64,000 nucleotides of DNA from Paraspadella gotoi (GCA_051294375.1 CM119269.1:20068814-20132813); one strand, 5' to 3'. Shown: positions 44,128-59,187, counted from the first letter of the stretch. Notes: generated from the sequence alone by a model not told the origin. Numbers and translations are program-made.

Positions 44128-47100
44128 CGTTTCCGGTTTCCTCGTTTCGTCCGGCACAAAATATATAAAAAGACTCTCGACTCTGAAATGGCGGGCAGAG
44201 GGTCACGTGACTTTTGAAGGGCAACCGGGGAGGGGGAGGAGGAGGAAGAAGAAGAGGAGGAGAATAAAGATCGATGAGGCGGCGCTGAAGATCGTTAGGG
44301 GAGAAAGAGAGAAAGAGAGAGATGGCTCTCACGAACAAATGAGCCCTTTCAGTTTTGCTTCAGGACACGAGGTTGCACTTTAATGAAAAAGGAGAATTAA
44401 AAGTATGTATTAGTAATAAAAGTTGTCATATTTTAGTTCTCAATAGAAAAAGGAGGTGTGGTAGGACCTAAAACTAAAAAAAAATAAAAATATCCATCCC
44501 CGATTTCTTCTTGCTTATCAATTTTTATCGGATATGAACCAAATCGGGAAATTTAAAAATGCGCGGAAAATAGGGAAAGTTTTCCGTTTTTCCTGCAAAA
44601 TTTTTATCCAAAATATTTTCGTCCTTGATTCTAAGGATCTCAGCCCGAAAGTATTTTCATTATTAGTTCTCATAATATAAAAGGTGTAGTTAAGGCACTA
44701 AGTGGGCTGAAGAATTCAATCGACAACTTCATAAAGCAGTCATGGAACGGGTTTTCGGCTTCGAAAATGGTTGGGGGGTTTCCGGGCCCACAATGCGGTT
44801 TACAGCCGTCCTCACACTTCCGCAGGGTAGTTACTATTGGGAATCGATCCCAGTACCTAATGGTCATGAGCTGACGGTATTGCTGAACGAGCCAGCGGTA
44901 TGACCAATTGACCATATTACTATGCCCGACTACAAAGGAACGCTAACTCCTGACGACAACTGAGTCCAAAAAATATGAAAACCATGGCATTAAGACAAAT
45001 TTTTTTGTCACCTGTTATCTTATCTGAACCATTATGCTGTACCGTAAGTATAGCTATTTCCCTTAAATGAATAGGTGTGTATTTTATTCAGTGGTCACTT
45101 ATCAAACATCCGGCGATTTCTACCTTTACAGTATTTAACATATGAGTCTATATTAGCATTAGTATATTACAGTCAAAATACGAATTTTATTGGATACATT
45201 GCAGATTTTGGACCTTATTAGTGTTTGACTAGTATAATTGACTAAGTTTTCAACAAATGTCGGGAAGAAACTTTTATGAAGATTCATCATCGGACTTTTA
45301 TTCATTTGAATATTTATTCATGGACAAATAAAACATTTCACAATTATTATTCAATGTCTTTCCCTTTCAGCTATCATGAGTTATTAATGATTATAGGAGA
45401 GGTGTTGGGTTACTGATAGGTTATGTGGTTCTTGATCATTGTGTTTCTCTTCTGATTATTACAGTGTAGATTCCAGGGTGCACTGTCAATGCACGGCCGC
45501 CCGTGATCAATCATTCCCTGGTTGGAGCGAGACTTTCTGCCACGGCTTGACTCGAAGTGACACTCCTTTGGTCACCCCACTTTCATCATTATACGTTAGG
45601 GGATAGGCAGGATTCGCCCCCTAACACTGGTGCATCGTCCTTTATCGTCCTTTATCTACATTCCTCTCTTTGGAGTGCTGCTTCACTGTCTCTCTCTCTC
45701 TCAAAATTTATCCTTGGAAAGGATCAACGAAACGCTAGCATATTTACCGTTATATTTCTGCTTCAAAATTAAAAAAAATAAAAGTATTCAAAAAAAAAAT
45801 TGAACAGACTAAAAATCACTTTAAAATAATGTTACTCTGTCGCATGTATTTTGAAAGGCTACTGGCTGTGTAATACCAAGTGACTAACTTAAGGACAAGA
45901 AGACTACAAAAAACACAAAAAGATTATATTAGATGAAATTTATTTCGATAAAATCAGAAAAATTACATCTCTAAATTTATTTCTAAATTGCATATCAGTT
46001 CTTCCATTGTTAAGGACATCTTTGAATCATAAAAATGTAGGAAAGAATTAAGACATTTAGCATCGTTGCAAGTGTATCTATTTCGGATCAACGGTTCCAC
46101 TTTTATTATCACTACGCATTATAATTCATTACTTTTTAATATTTCTATTGCCTTTTCAAGGTTTAATTTCAGTTAGGCCGCCAAAAAAATGATTGTAAGA
46201 CTGTGAAAGTCACGAGAAATGGCCTAATAACGACTAAGTAAAAAGAAATAAATATTAGTAACATCAGGAAAGACCTGAATCAACATTTTAAATCTTTGTA
46301 AAATTCTAGTGAAACATTTGATAAATAAAAGGTAAACTGGAGATAAAAATATGTTTGAAGTAATCAATGATAGATTATTTAAAGGCATATTTACGTTACA
46401 TTTTTTTAGTAATTCGAGAAGGTCATCTAGTTTATAAAGTTTCATATTATATTATTAAGAAAAAGATATGAAATAGTTTTCAGATAAAAGATCCTTAAGA
46501 AAAAGACAACGCGTTCGGTTTCTGTGAGGTCAAAGTCATACCTTTATCATAAATTATGAAGTTTGAAATTGTAAAAGTCATATTTCTTCTCGTAAAATTA
46601 AACATGAGTAAAAATTTAAATACAACAAAATGTAACAGTATTTAAATCAAAAGGATTATTTTTAATAAAAGTTTTTTGTTAAATGTGTTAAAAAAATATA
46701 TAAAGACTTCCTTTTGATATTAAATTGCAGACTCGTTCTAATTTGTTTAAACATTGATACATATAAATAAGCAGGAATGAATTAAAATGAAATAACTAGT
46801 GTCAAAATTATGCTCTAAAATTAGCAGATAACATTGGTGGCCGAATTTTTTTAGATGTGGAATATTTAGATAAAATCTAAGTTTCTTACTCTTCGTTTTT
46901 TTGTTTTTTTTTATAAATCTAAAAAAAATTTAGATATTCCAAACCTTAAGAAATTCCAGCATAATTTTTTTTAGGGATAAATAGGATCGATTTCATTATT
47001 TACACTAAAGCCAATACTGTAAAAGGCAAGATTTTTGATTGTCGCAGACAATTGATTTAAGGCACCTTTGGTAATCCATAATTATGTAAAAATACTTTAA

Positions 47101-47581
47101 TACATATTTGGCATAGTTTTAAAAGTTTTTTTCAATCATATGATATCAGATGATTCAAAAGTCATTCTAAGGCAGCCCAGTTTAGTTTTTCACGGAAAAC
47201 AATAACCGAGAATTTGAAAAGTAGAACAATACATTTAGTAAATGAAATTATGATACACGGTAAGTTCTAATCCCGATTTTACTGAATAAAGGATATTGAT
47301 GTTTGCAAGACTCATTTGGTGTAGTAGTGTATTAAAATCCTCTTTAATCACGGACACACGATCACTTCATCATAGTCGCGATCGTTTTCAGCTACATTTG
47401 CAACTTAAGTGTTCCACCCGTTAGGCTTCGGATTTAATACAATTCATTCATTCTCTGTAATTGATACAGTGTATGCTTGAGGTCAAAATTATGAGTATTT
47501 CGATAGGTACTAAGGCGACGCTATTCAATTAATAAATATACGGTTAATTTACAAAGGATGACATAAGAACGGACAATTAAA

Positions 47582-47728
<147 letters not shown>

Positions 47729-47730
47729 TA

Positions 47731-48654
47731 TTAAACTCTGTCTCCAGCTGCTGCGGCGGCCTGCAACTGCGACTGCTGTTGCTGATACGCGGCAGGAAAT
47801 GCTGCGGCGAGCGCGGTCTGCGATGCGGCCGTGGTGGGCAGTGCCGCGTAACCGGCATATCCGGGGGCGGCGGCGAAGTAAGCCGCCGCCGCGGCGGGCG
47901 AAGTGGCGGCGGCGGCGGCGGCGGCCGAATGGGCGTAAGGGCTCGCCGCGGCGGCCGAGTACGCCGCCGGATCGAGACCAGCCGTAGCTGCGTACTGAGC
48001 CTGCGCTTGCGCGGCGTAGGCGGCAGCGGCGCCGGTATAGTCCAGTGGCGCCTGTTGGGGCAGCTGTGTTTGCGGCATCTGAGCGGCGCCGGCCAGGGCC
48101 GCCGCCTGAGGCGCGGCGATCAGGCCCGGCGTCGTCGTAAGGTAAGACGCCGGGTAGATATATTGCGGAATCCTGAAGTAAGGAGGAAGGGGAATGGAGA
48201 TGGAGGAGGGTAGGGGTGGGGAAAGTCGGTGGGAAAGGAAAGGGAAGAGATTTGACAAAAAAAAAAAGAAGGGAACCAGGAAGAGGAAGAAGAAAAAGTA
48301 GACGTACAAGAACAAAAAGAGGAAAAGGTGATGACGGGCAAAAAGGGGGAGAATGCGAAAGGGGGACGGGGAAAAAGAAAGCATTGGAATTAACCCTTTA
48401 AAATTGCTTCGAGGATATTTTCTATTTCTTCCGAGAATCTTTTGACTTATATGACTTGAATAAAGTAAAAACGGCAAAGACGAAAAAAAAAATCAAGAAA
48501 GAACCGAAGTCGAATTTCCTGTCGTCGCGAAGAGAACAGAATTAATTAGGTTTACTTTTCAGTAGATCCGATGATAATTTATGCTACTCTAATAACATAT
48601 TTCATTTATAACAATGTTGCTCCGCCATTCGTTAATTTCAATTCATACTCTCTT

Positions 48655-48727
<73 letters not shown>

Positions 48728-50044
48728 TTCTATATATGAAAATTTGCAAATTACTTGTTTCACTATTTCTTATTTTTATATTTTATGAAGGATTTAGTAT
48801 TTATTATTTAATCAAATATATATTGCTTTCTTTTTTAAAATGTTTTATTTATCTAATAATTCAATTTGGAAAGGGAAGTCAGTGTTGTCTTCTGGAAATA
48901 GAGGGAGCATCTATACAACACAAGGTTAGATTACTATCTGTCCTAGTTTTCTAATAGATATCACACATCATTTCTGTTAGAAAAGTCATTTTTTTAAATC
49001 AGTTTTCCTTCCTTCCCAATTTTTACCACAAAATCGCCTAATGATGTTTGAAGAAAGATAGCATTTGCAGAACCCAAAAACTAGTTTAAAAACTATTTTT
49101 AAAATTTAAAAAAATGTTTCGGTATCAAAAACGATAGTTTTAAAATGTTTTGTATGCTTATGCTAAGAGTTTATAATCCGCTCGGCTCGAGAAATCAATG
49201 TGGGTCAGTCGTCATTTCTACTGCTAAAGTCTTTCTCCGAAAAACAGCTGCATCTATCGTAAATGCCCTCGACATTTTCGTAAATCGCAGAAGAGAATTC
49301 ATTATGTGCCGACATTCTGGTAACCGCATTCTCCTGGTTATTTGTTTATTTTTTTATTTCATTTTATACGTCGTTGTAAAATTTACAACCCTAGTCAAGT
49401 AACTAAAACTATTATTAATAATACAGAAGAAAAAGCATAGCGTTCAATTATAGTATTTAAAAACGAAATTTAACCCAATGTCAGCTGTTGACTTTCTTTA
49501 AGCGGAGCCTCTGGCTCACTTCTTCCTTTGTTTACAGTTTCGCTCGTCTACAGTCTGTCATGCCTCTTCCAGTTGCCCTGGCGTCCTGGCACCCTTATAA
49601 CTAAAAAACACCCAATAACATTAAAGACATGAAAATACTGGTTTTTTTCTTAATTTTTATCCTTTTAAGTGACGTAACAATTCGAGGCAAATGACTACAA
49701 AAGTTTGAAACAAGCAGAACAATTTTCTCACGATAAATCACCTCTTTGCTCAACCCTCTGCTAAGGATAATGAAAACGACTCGAATTGATTGAGTGACTG
49801 CACAGGAATAAAACATATGCACATTTTTTTATCTCAAAGTACAACGACTAAGTATTAATCATTACCCGAGCTATGGGCATTTAGCATTCCTATTTACTCT
49901 TCTTTAATCTACTAACTCCCCCTCAATTTTCACCAAACCGTAATCTTCAAAGAACGGGGAGTCTGGCCTCACCCTCAAATGCTTCAGACTCTCTTGACTG
50001 TCGATGGCGAAGAAGAAAACGATGTTTTTTTTTGGAGTAGGAGC

Positions 50045-50090
<46 letters not shown>

Positions 50091-53000
50091 ATGTTGCTGT
50101 TTTTACCTGGTGGGCTAAAGACCAGCTCCACTTAAATTGTTTTTTTCTTTCTTTTTAAAAAAAAACTTTTAAAATTCAAAATTTATTTTGTCATAAACTT
50201 TTCCGGCCCGTTAAAAATTAAACTAAAAAAAAATTAAAAATACATCTAATAAAATTGTTACAACCATTATAATTATTATACTAAAATTAAAAGAAAAAAT
50301 ATGAATTTTAACCACGGAAAATTTTTTTTTTCCTAATTTTAACTTTTAGATAAATTGCCATCAACGGATCTACTTGACAAATCGAAGATTCCCTCCACGC
50401 TCGACCGTTTCCTGAATAAAACTAAATCGAAAGGTGAGAACGATCCAAACCTCTCTCCACTCGAGGTTTTTCCCTGGCGAAAAGAAAAAAAGTATTAGGA
50501 ATCAAAAACAATCGTATACAGATCGAGATGTCGTCTTTTTTTCTCATCCCAAGTTCGATCCATCCATCAGTGTTTTTATCTATCTGTCAAAATAAGAAAA
50601 TGAATGAAAATAAAGTAGCGGTTAATGTCTCGACGATCCATCGGAGATCAGCTTCCTGAGAATCGAAAAGGTAAGTCACTCTAAACCAGACACAAAAAAA
50701 AAATTATGTAAATGAATAATGAATATTTGGCCGAAACTCACTTCAGCAAGAAACGAAACGAAACCCACGCAAACAAATCAAAGCGTGACTAATGTTTTTT
50801 TTCAATTTTTTTTTCCTTTTTATTATAGGAAAATTAAATATTTCCCCTTTTCGTCGGCGGCAACTGCGGACTTGAAAAGTATTTTGTTTCTTCCTTCCAG
50901 TTCAAAAATTTCGGTATTTAGAAATTAGGTTACATTTATTTCTCTTGTGCTTGCAAATTTCAATAAAAAAAAAATATAAATTGTCATAACTCATAACGCA
51001 GTTCTGAATTTTTTCTTTATCACTCCATGTTTGATTTTTTTTCCCTTTTGATAGCCAAGGACAGATTATGAATTTATGAACATTTTTAGTTGTATTTTAG
51101 TTCAGTTTTATTATTATTGTTTCATAACCTGCCCTTGACCTAGAATTTCTTTTTAAAACCTCTCGGATAAAATAAAAAAAACATCAAAAAAATCCAAAAA
51201 TCTGAACTCAGCACCACAGCATTGGAAAGTCAAAACCTTTTAGTTCACCCATTCTGTAGCGGCTTGAGGGCCTCTCTCAGACACGTAATACAGAAGTGTC
51301 TTCATATTTGAGACGCAATTTAAGCTGGTTTTTTTCGGGAGGGAGTTTCAACTGAATTGGAGGGGAAAGGACAATGGCGAATTCAGATATTCAATGGAGT
51401 ATTCAGTAGAGAGAGAGAGAGAGCGAGGGAGAGAGTGAGAGAAAGAGAGAGACTCCTGTTTTCTGATGCACGTTAAATTTCCATCTTTGCTAAATATTTC
51501 CTTTCGTTCGTTGCCGAACATTAGTGCGAAGTTTAAATAAAATATTTAAGACAACCTTTCAAAAGAATACGTACATAAAGCAAATCAAAATCAATCACTC
51601 CAAACTATATACTTTCCTATTTATTAACATTAGTGAATATATCCTAAGAAATATTAAAAAATAATGAAGTTATGATAAAAACTAATCAATTGTTTTTTAA
51701 AATAGAGAAAAAAAACACTAAATAGCAGTTATCGTTTTTTTTAAGCGTAAAACTTATGGTTATTTTCAAATTATGTTTTTCAACGCTTATTTTTTTTTTT
51801 TACAATGGTTGTCAAGACTGCTTCCTTCAAATAGAAGAGACGAGCAAAAAGGTTAGAAAGTTGAAAAGAAAATCGAAATCTCATTAATTTAATTTGTTTT
51901 TGACTGAAATTTCGAAGATGAGATCTTGAACTTTTCGCCATCTCCTCATTTACGATTACTTTTTTAGTCTTAACGATAAAACTATTCGTGCAGACTGTCG
52001 AAGCTCAAAAGCGGTTGCAAATCATTCTCATTCTTTGAAGGCGTATGAACTATCACAAAAAAAAACAAAATTCTCTAAGAATATTCATCAACCAATGTTC
52101 ATGCTTAAATATCATGTCTTCTGTTAGGCGACAATTTCCACCCCAAAAAATCGTTGTGAATTGAAAAATGGTGTTAGTTGTGTTTAGAAAATCACAAAAA
52201 ATATAGATACTCGGGCAATAATTACAAATTATATGAAATAATTAGCATAAAAGTAATAATTCTTTACTCAAGAATGCTGTTTATATGGCGTGTAAAGACG
52301 GGAGAAGTGAAAATGTTTCAGTATTTGAAAGATTCTATCTTTATTTCTTTTTTTTTACGTAAAGTAAGATTTTTTTTAAACGCCCTATTTCGCATGGTCA
52401 ACTCTTATACTATGACATAACAAAATTTACATAACAAAAGTTTTATATCCATAGAGGATATTTCAACTTTACTTATTATATTCTTTAAAATACTGTAAAT
52501 TTATCGCCTCGCCCGGCGCGAGTAAAACTTTATTTCTGGCTGTGAGCGACACGATAATACAGGAAAATCATTACTATAATGCCTAAACTTTAGCACGAGA
52601 AAATTAAAATTAAAATTGAACTTCAATCTAGGTAAACTACAACTGCGCAAATATGGAAATCAGTGGGCATGGCTGTGATTGTTATAAAACCCCACCCTCA
52701 CCCCTTAAAAAAATTAACTTTTAAAAAGTTGAGCAAATAAGAGCGACTTACCCATAGGCGCTTGCTTGGATGAGACCGGGAAATCCTGGACGCAGGCAAG
52801 ACAAGGAAGACAAAATGTTTGGAATGTCTTTTTTTTGTTTTTGTTTTTGTTTGGACGAGGATTTTTTTTCGCCGACGGAGGGCGCGCCCATCGCGGATAG
52901 AGGGATGCACACACGGTGATGGCGGGTTAGGCGCGACGCGGGGGTAAGTAAAACAGCAAACCACAACAACAATGACAACAATAACAAGGACGATAAAAAC

Positions 53001-53402
53001 GGGCAAACACAAACAAACAAAAAAACACACACGATGGGGGGTCAAGAGGCAGGGGAAGTCAAACGAAAAAAAAAGAGCAAACCAAAAAGATTAACTGGGC
53101 CAAAAATCACATTCTTAGAGGAATTTAGGGTTGCGTTGAAGTTAATAAAGTATTAAGGATGTGTATCGCGTCGTTGTCTTTATCAATTTAGTCGTAACTG
53201 GAGTCTGTATGTCTCTCCCTCCTTTTATTTTTTTCTTCACTGTTGTTACTTAACTGTCTCAAAATATAAGTTTTTTTCTCTCTCTCTTTCTTTCTTCTTT
53301 TTTTTTTTATCTTAAATTTTTCTACTTTTTTACTTTTTTTACTTTTTTCTCTTTTATTTGATTTTTTTAGCGAATCCCATCCTATTTAACAATAGGCTAA
53401 AG

Positions 53403-53467
<65 letters not shown>

Positions 53468-54681
53468 TCTCTCTCTCTCTCTTCTTCTGCTCGTGTGACC
53501 CTGTTATTAACCTCGAAGAAACACAAGAAGATCCCGAGACTTGAACTTTTAATCGAGCCTTATCACCGCCGTCTCCGTCGGACTCCAGAGCCCCGCGCAG
53601 TCCAAAGGCTCGTTAACTTTCTCGCCGACTCGCGAATCTGCTGACCCTTCTACAACCCGCTCGACTTTCTCTCCGACTCTCGAATCTGCTGCCCCTTCCA
53701 CATCCCCGCAACTTTTTTCTGCAATAAATTTACAGAAGTCAAACAAACCTACCAAGTTGCTATAAACAAACCGCTGTAATTTTAACTTTTGGAGATATTT
53801 TGTCCTGATTCTCTTTTTTTTTTAACGTAACAGTTGGATCGCGTGATAGAAACCCCGCGATCGACATTCCCACTGACTGCGTCGTTTATGACGAAATCCG
53901 TTTAACTGATGGTCATTTTCTTTTATCAGATATGGAAAACGATTCCTTCCTGTTATAAATAATATATATTATTTACACTATTTATATCAAGTTTTCTATG
54001 GGTCTATAAAATGTATAGATAGTTATTCAACGTTTTGAACATTCAATAAGCAGAAAAATCTGTGAGTAGAGACTGAAATAGAAACAAATCCCAAATTACC
54101 CTTAATGTATCAAGAAAAATTGCATTGTAAAAAAACAAAAAAATCAAAATATTTAAAACTATTTGAATTAAAATATAAATGTTGCAGGATCCAACTATGA
54201 TGAATGTAAAACGTCAAAATATCCAACTGTAATGAATTACAAATGCAAGCAGCGGGGAATGGCGGGCGATCCGAAGCCAGAACATCCCGTCCTCGGTTCC
54301 CACCGCAGGGCGCCAAAGAACGAATTCGAGCCGCGCAATTTAGTTTTAATTATTTTTTAACATCTCTCTCTCTCTCTTTAACCCCCCCCTCTCTCTCTCT
54401 CTCTTCAGTTTAGTTTTATTACTGTTTTTCTCCTCTCTTTTAATTAGTATTTTTTTAAAAAAAATTATCTTTCAGTTTAATTTTATTACAGTTCTTTTTT
54501 TAGTTTTTAGTAAAGTTTTTGTTTGAATTGTGTTTATTAGTGTAAAACTTCCTGTGTTTCTTTTACTCTTGTAACCTTGTAACCTTTGATCTCTATATTT
54601 ACATTTGTAATAAACTTCTTAGGTTATATATTGATTTTTTTTTTTTGGTTATCAATTTTTCTTTCTTTTTCTTTTTTCTTT

Positions 54682-54726
<45 letters not shown>

Positions 54727-56240
54727 TTTTCTTTCTTTCTTTCTTTTCTTTTCTTTCTTTCTTCTATCGTAAATCTTTTTTTTCCTCTATTTTTATAATT
54801 TATCTTTCTTCTTATCTTCCTTACTTTCTTTTTCCAAGCCCGACGACAGGCTTCCACAAACCATACGTAAGTCAAGTTTTAGTCCAAGAGCCATCTTGTG
54901 AAGAAGTTTCAAAGTCATAATTAAAACTTGAAAAATTATATCACAAATCACAGGCATTCAACTACGAATGCTTTTTCTTTCAACTATGTTTGTTAATCTA
55001 ATATTATGCATAATGTTTACCTCTTGGTTTAGCTCCCAAATAAGCGAGATTCACGTTGGCCTTTCGCCCGTCGATGATGGGGTTGGGATCGCGACAGGCT
55101 CGTTCTGCGGCCTTGGCGTCGGCCATGGTCACCTGGAAAGCAGAGTCGTGATGGATTAATTAATAGGTGGAGTGATGAAAAGATTGAGTGATTGAACATT
55201 ATTTTTTGCTGCCTATGGACATATAATTAATGAATTTTAATTCCTTTTAAAAATTTTTTAGCATAACAGTATAAGCAAATTTCAATATTATATTAATTAG
55301 TAATATCCTTATAAAATCATCAAATTTCAAAATTAATTTTTTTTTATTTTTAAGAACTGATTTGGATTCGCTGTAAAAAATAAGAAACTTTCATAAAATA
55401 TGTTATATGATATTTTAATGTTTAGATCACAAAAAAATGACTAAAACGTTTTAAAATATATAAGTTTCTTACTACAGAAAAATAAAAGTCAGGAATTTCA
55501 CTCTTTTTTCCTATTTCAAACATTGAAGATGACAGAATTTTATAACATGTTTTATATTTTGATTCAACTTTTTATAAAGAATCTGAATCTTTAATAAAAA
55601 TTTGTTAAAAATTATTTTTTAAAATTTACTATTTTATAAGGAAATTACGACAAATATATTATATTTACTATTCTATTCCCGAGATAATATGAGCAAAATT
55701 TTTTTTGTACTATTTAATCATACTATCTCACATCTAAATATCATTGTTCGATCATTTCAAATAAATTTTTGTTCTTGAGTGCTCCACTCTATTAATTAAA
55801 TCACTGAATGAACGATTGATCGAGAAGTCGTATCACTCAGTCATAAAATATTTTTTTCCATTCCAAACAATACACCCTGTCACAAAGCGACTTTCAGCCA
55901 GATGGACGGATAGACAGTTCGCACGGCACAGCAAAGCCACCAAAGAAAAAACAATGACAAAATAATGAATAGGCAAGAAACTTGAAAGGATTAACTCTCG
56001 AAAAAAGAAACAAAGATTCGGATAGAAAACAAACAACTAGATACAAGGACCCAAGAAACGAAGCCAAAACCCCGAACTCACGAATCCGTATCCCCTGGAT
56101 TTGCCAGTCTGTCTGTCCGTAATGACGACGGCTTCCTCTATGTCTCCGAACTGCTCGAAGAAATCGCCCAGGCTTTTGTCCGTCGTGTGGTAAGGGAGAC
56201 CCCCGACGAAGATCTTGGTGAAGGTGGTGTCTTTCTGCAT
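47731..56240 (-). CDS. RBM24: RBM24/RBM38 (SUP-12/SEB4) RRM RNA-binding protein, 4 coding exons
   Basis: Exon 56240-56082: [24 protein letters not shown]...KSRGYGF. Exon 55132-55021: [37 protein letters not shown]. Exon 52785-52752: [12 protein letters not shown]. Exon 48172-47731: IPQYIYP, an Ala/Tyr-rich tail, then [12 protein letters not shown]. All junctions are in phase. Confidence 0.95.
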
Positions 56241-56872
56241 GATGGAGACAGGGGTGGAGGAAGTGGCGTGGGATGCGATGGTGGAGGCGGTGATGGCGAT
56301 GGAGGAGATGGCGGAGTTGGCTGTTGATGAAGGCGTTGTCGACCTTCAACGTATTCTGATAATTTTTCTTCTTTTTTTTTTCTCCCTGACAAATTCTATT
56401 GGTTTTTCCGAGTTTTTTTTTCTTTTTTTCTAAAGCTAATTTTGTTTATTTGTTTACTTTTTACGCGTTGTTTAGGTTTGGCGACGTAAGGTAAACAAAC
56501 GAGATTCGAAAGGCGGACGAGAGAGAGTGACGGGGATGAGAAAGAGTGAGAGGGAGATGAGATCACTTGTAGAAGTCTCCGCTAGTACTTTGTTTTTGTT
56601 TTGGTCTAATTTGATTTGTTTTTGTTTTTTTTTAATAAAAAAAATTAATAAAATTGCCGAAAAAGGAAGAAATGGACGAAATAGGAAAAAAAAAATAACA
56701 AATAAAAATTCACGACGCGAGTTTTTAATTTAAGGTGGAGATTCTTAAACTGAAACGAAAATTAATAAATTCAATAAAATTAAAACTAAAAAGGATGAAT
56801 TCGATGGCAAACAAAATGTATGAATTCTGCGAGGCGGGAACGAAATAAAGAATAAATGCGAATCATCGGATG

Positions 56873-56963
<91 letters not shown>

Positions 56964-57059
56964 GAGAGAGAGAGGCGAAAGTTGGTCGATGATAGAGCGA
57001 AGAAGATGGGGGAGAAAACAGTCGGAGGCAGATAATGAGAAAGAAAGGGGGGGGTAGAG

Positions 57060-57109
<50 letters not shown>

Positions 57110-57519
57110 AGAGGAGACGATCGACTCCTCCAGAAAGCAACAGCACACCACGAGGAATATTGAATTGCGTTCTATGGTTGAATTTGGGGAGAAGGACGAA
57201 GAAGGAGGATGAGGAAGAGGAATGAAAGATGAGGAGGAAGAGGAGTCTCGGTGAGTTGGGCTTCCTTGGGGAGGGAACGTTTTTATGGTGAGGGAACCCG
57301 GGGTGAGGGATGAGGAAATGAGCGTGGTGAAAAATATGGAGATGGAAGAGGAAAATTTGATGGCAGATCGAACAGATTCGAAAAGGAGGCGGGAGGGAGT
57401 GAGTGAGGAGAGAGAAGCGTGGAGGAAAAAGAGCACGGACAGACAGATATTCGGAGAGATGGATGAGTTTTTATAGCAATGAGGGGATAGAAGCCCCCTA
57501 CCCCGGCATTTTTTTTTAT

Positions 57520-57603
<84 letters not shown>

Positions 57604-57607
57604 TCTC

Positions 57608-57676
<69 letters not shown>

Positions 57677-59049
57677 CTCCCCCGCTCCCGTCCTCGCTTT
57701 AATTTTATCTTAGCAAAGAAAAAAAAAAGAAAAAAACAAGATTTGATTTTTCAGATGCAGGCGTGAAGTTTGACTGATTCTCATTATAGAAATTTTTCTG
57801 CAAAACGATCGATTGCCGAGGTCGTTCTCTTTCACCTTTGAGGATTTTATGAATGATAGAATATATTTATATCTCTGACTCTCTCTCTCTCAGCGTCTGT
57901 TCCTATTCAACGACCCAAATCATAGTTTATTGAATCTGGATTTAATCGAAGTCCTTCAACAACCAAGGGCAAGCGTTGTCGATCGCCTCACAAGGAACTT
58001 TCCTCGTCGCTTGATCAGCTCAATCCGTATGTCGGCCAGCGGCGGCGACAGCAGCAGCAGCAGGCAGACCTCCATACCCTGCTCGGCACGTTTTCCTACA
58101 TATCATTTAATTTTTCTTTTTCCCTTCTCTTTCTTTTCTCCGCTCTCCTTTCTTCTTCCAGATTCTTCGTCCTCGAAAATTCATCCAGAGAGAATGCGTA
58201 GATATGCGGGAATTGGTTTTCATTGGAAAGACGTACTCCCACCTGCTTTAAATTTTTGTGTACTCTGGTCGAGAAATAAATGGCATTGATGGATATGATA
58301 TATTGTCGTTAGATCACAATATATCAATGAGATTATTAGAAGTTGGATGTTTAAAAAGTATAAAAGAACCTATTTAGATTACTGTAGATCGATTGTTTCA
58401 TTTGCATCTGACGAAGTTATTGAAAAAAAAATTGCACGTGTAGTAGTAACACACACTCCTCCACGTCGCATACGAACTTTGCTGACCTGTCAGTAAAAAA
58501 GCCATAAAAAATCGAAATACTTAATTCCCTATTGATCCGCTAAGATTATGATTGATAATTAAAGGAGTTTTTAAATGATTGGATGAGTTTGTTTCCCGAA
58601 ATTAGTAAAGAACGGTGAGTAAAAAGTTCTCCAGAAGCAAAATCATCGGAATTTTTGAAAAAACAAAAATAAATCGGCGAGATAATTTTTTTTTTAAAAT
58701 TCATTCTGTCGATTTTCGAAGAGTTTCCTTTCACCAACAAAGCGAAGGTTTCATCGACAATCATTTTCTTGGCTTTCTTTCTCGTCGCGAGTTTGATTCA
58801 AATTTTAAATTTCACGTTAACGTTTTGTCCCGGTTTTCTTTGTATTTCTCTGCCGGCTTCGAATTTGGAAGAGAAAAAAGAGAAAAATATCTTTAGGACT
58901 GTAAAAATTATCGAGGCACAAAGAAAAAAGTCCGAAGTCGGCCGGGGAAGCATTCGCTCCTCTCTCTCTCTCTTACTCTCTTTCTCTCGCTGTCGTTGAA
59001 ACACTGGAAAGTCAGAGAGAGAGAGAGAGAGAGGAGAGAAGAGGAGAGA

Positions 59050-59087
<38 letters not shown>

Positions 59088-59187
59088 TACGACTCCTGAG
59101 GAAGCCCCCGGGCGTGAAAACGGATCACTGGGCGTCAGGGGCAAGGGCGGGAGATAAGAGAAAGAGGAGGAGAGAGAGAGAGAGGAG

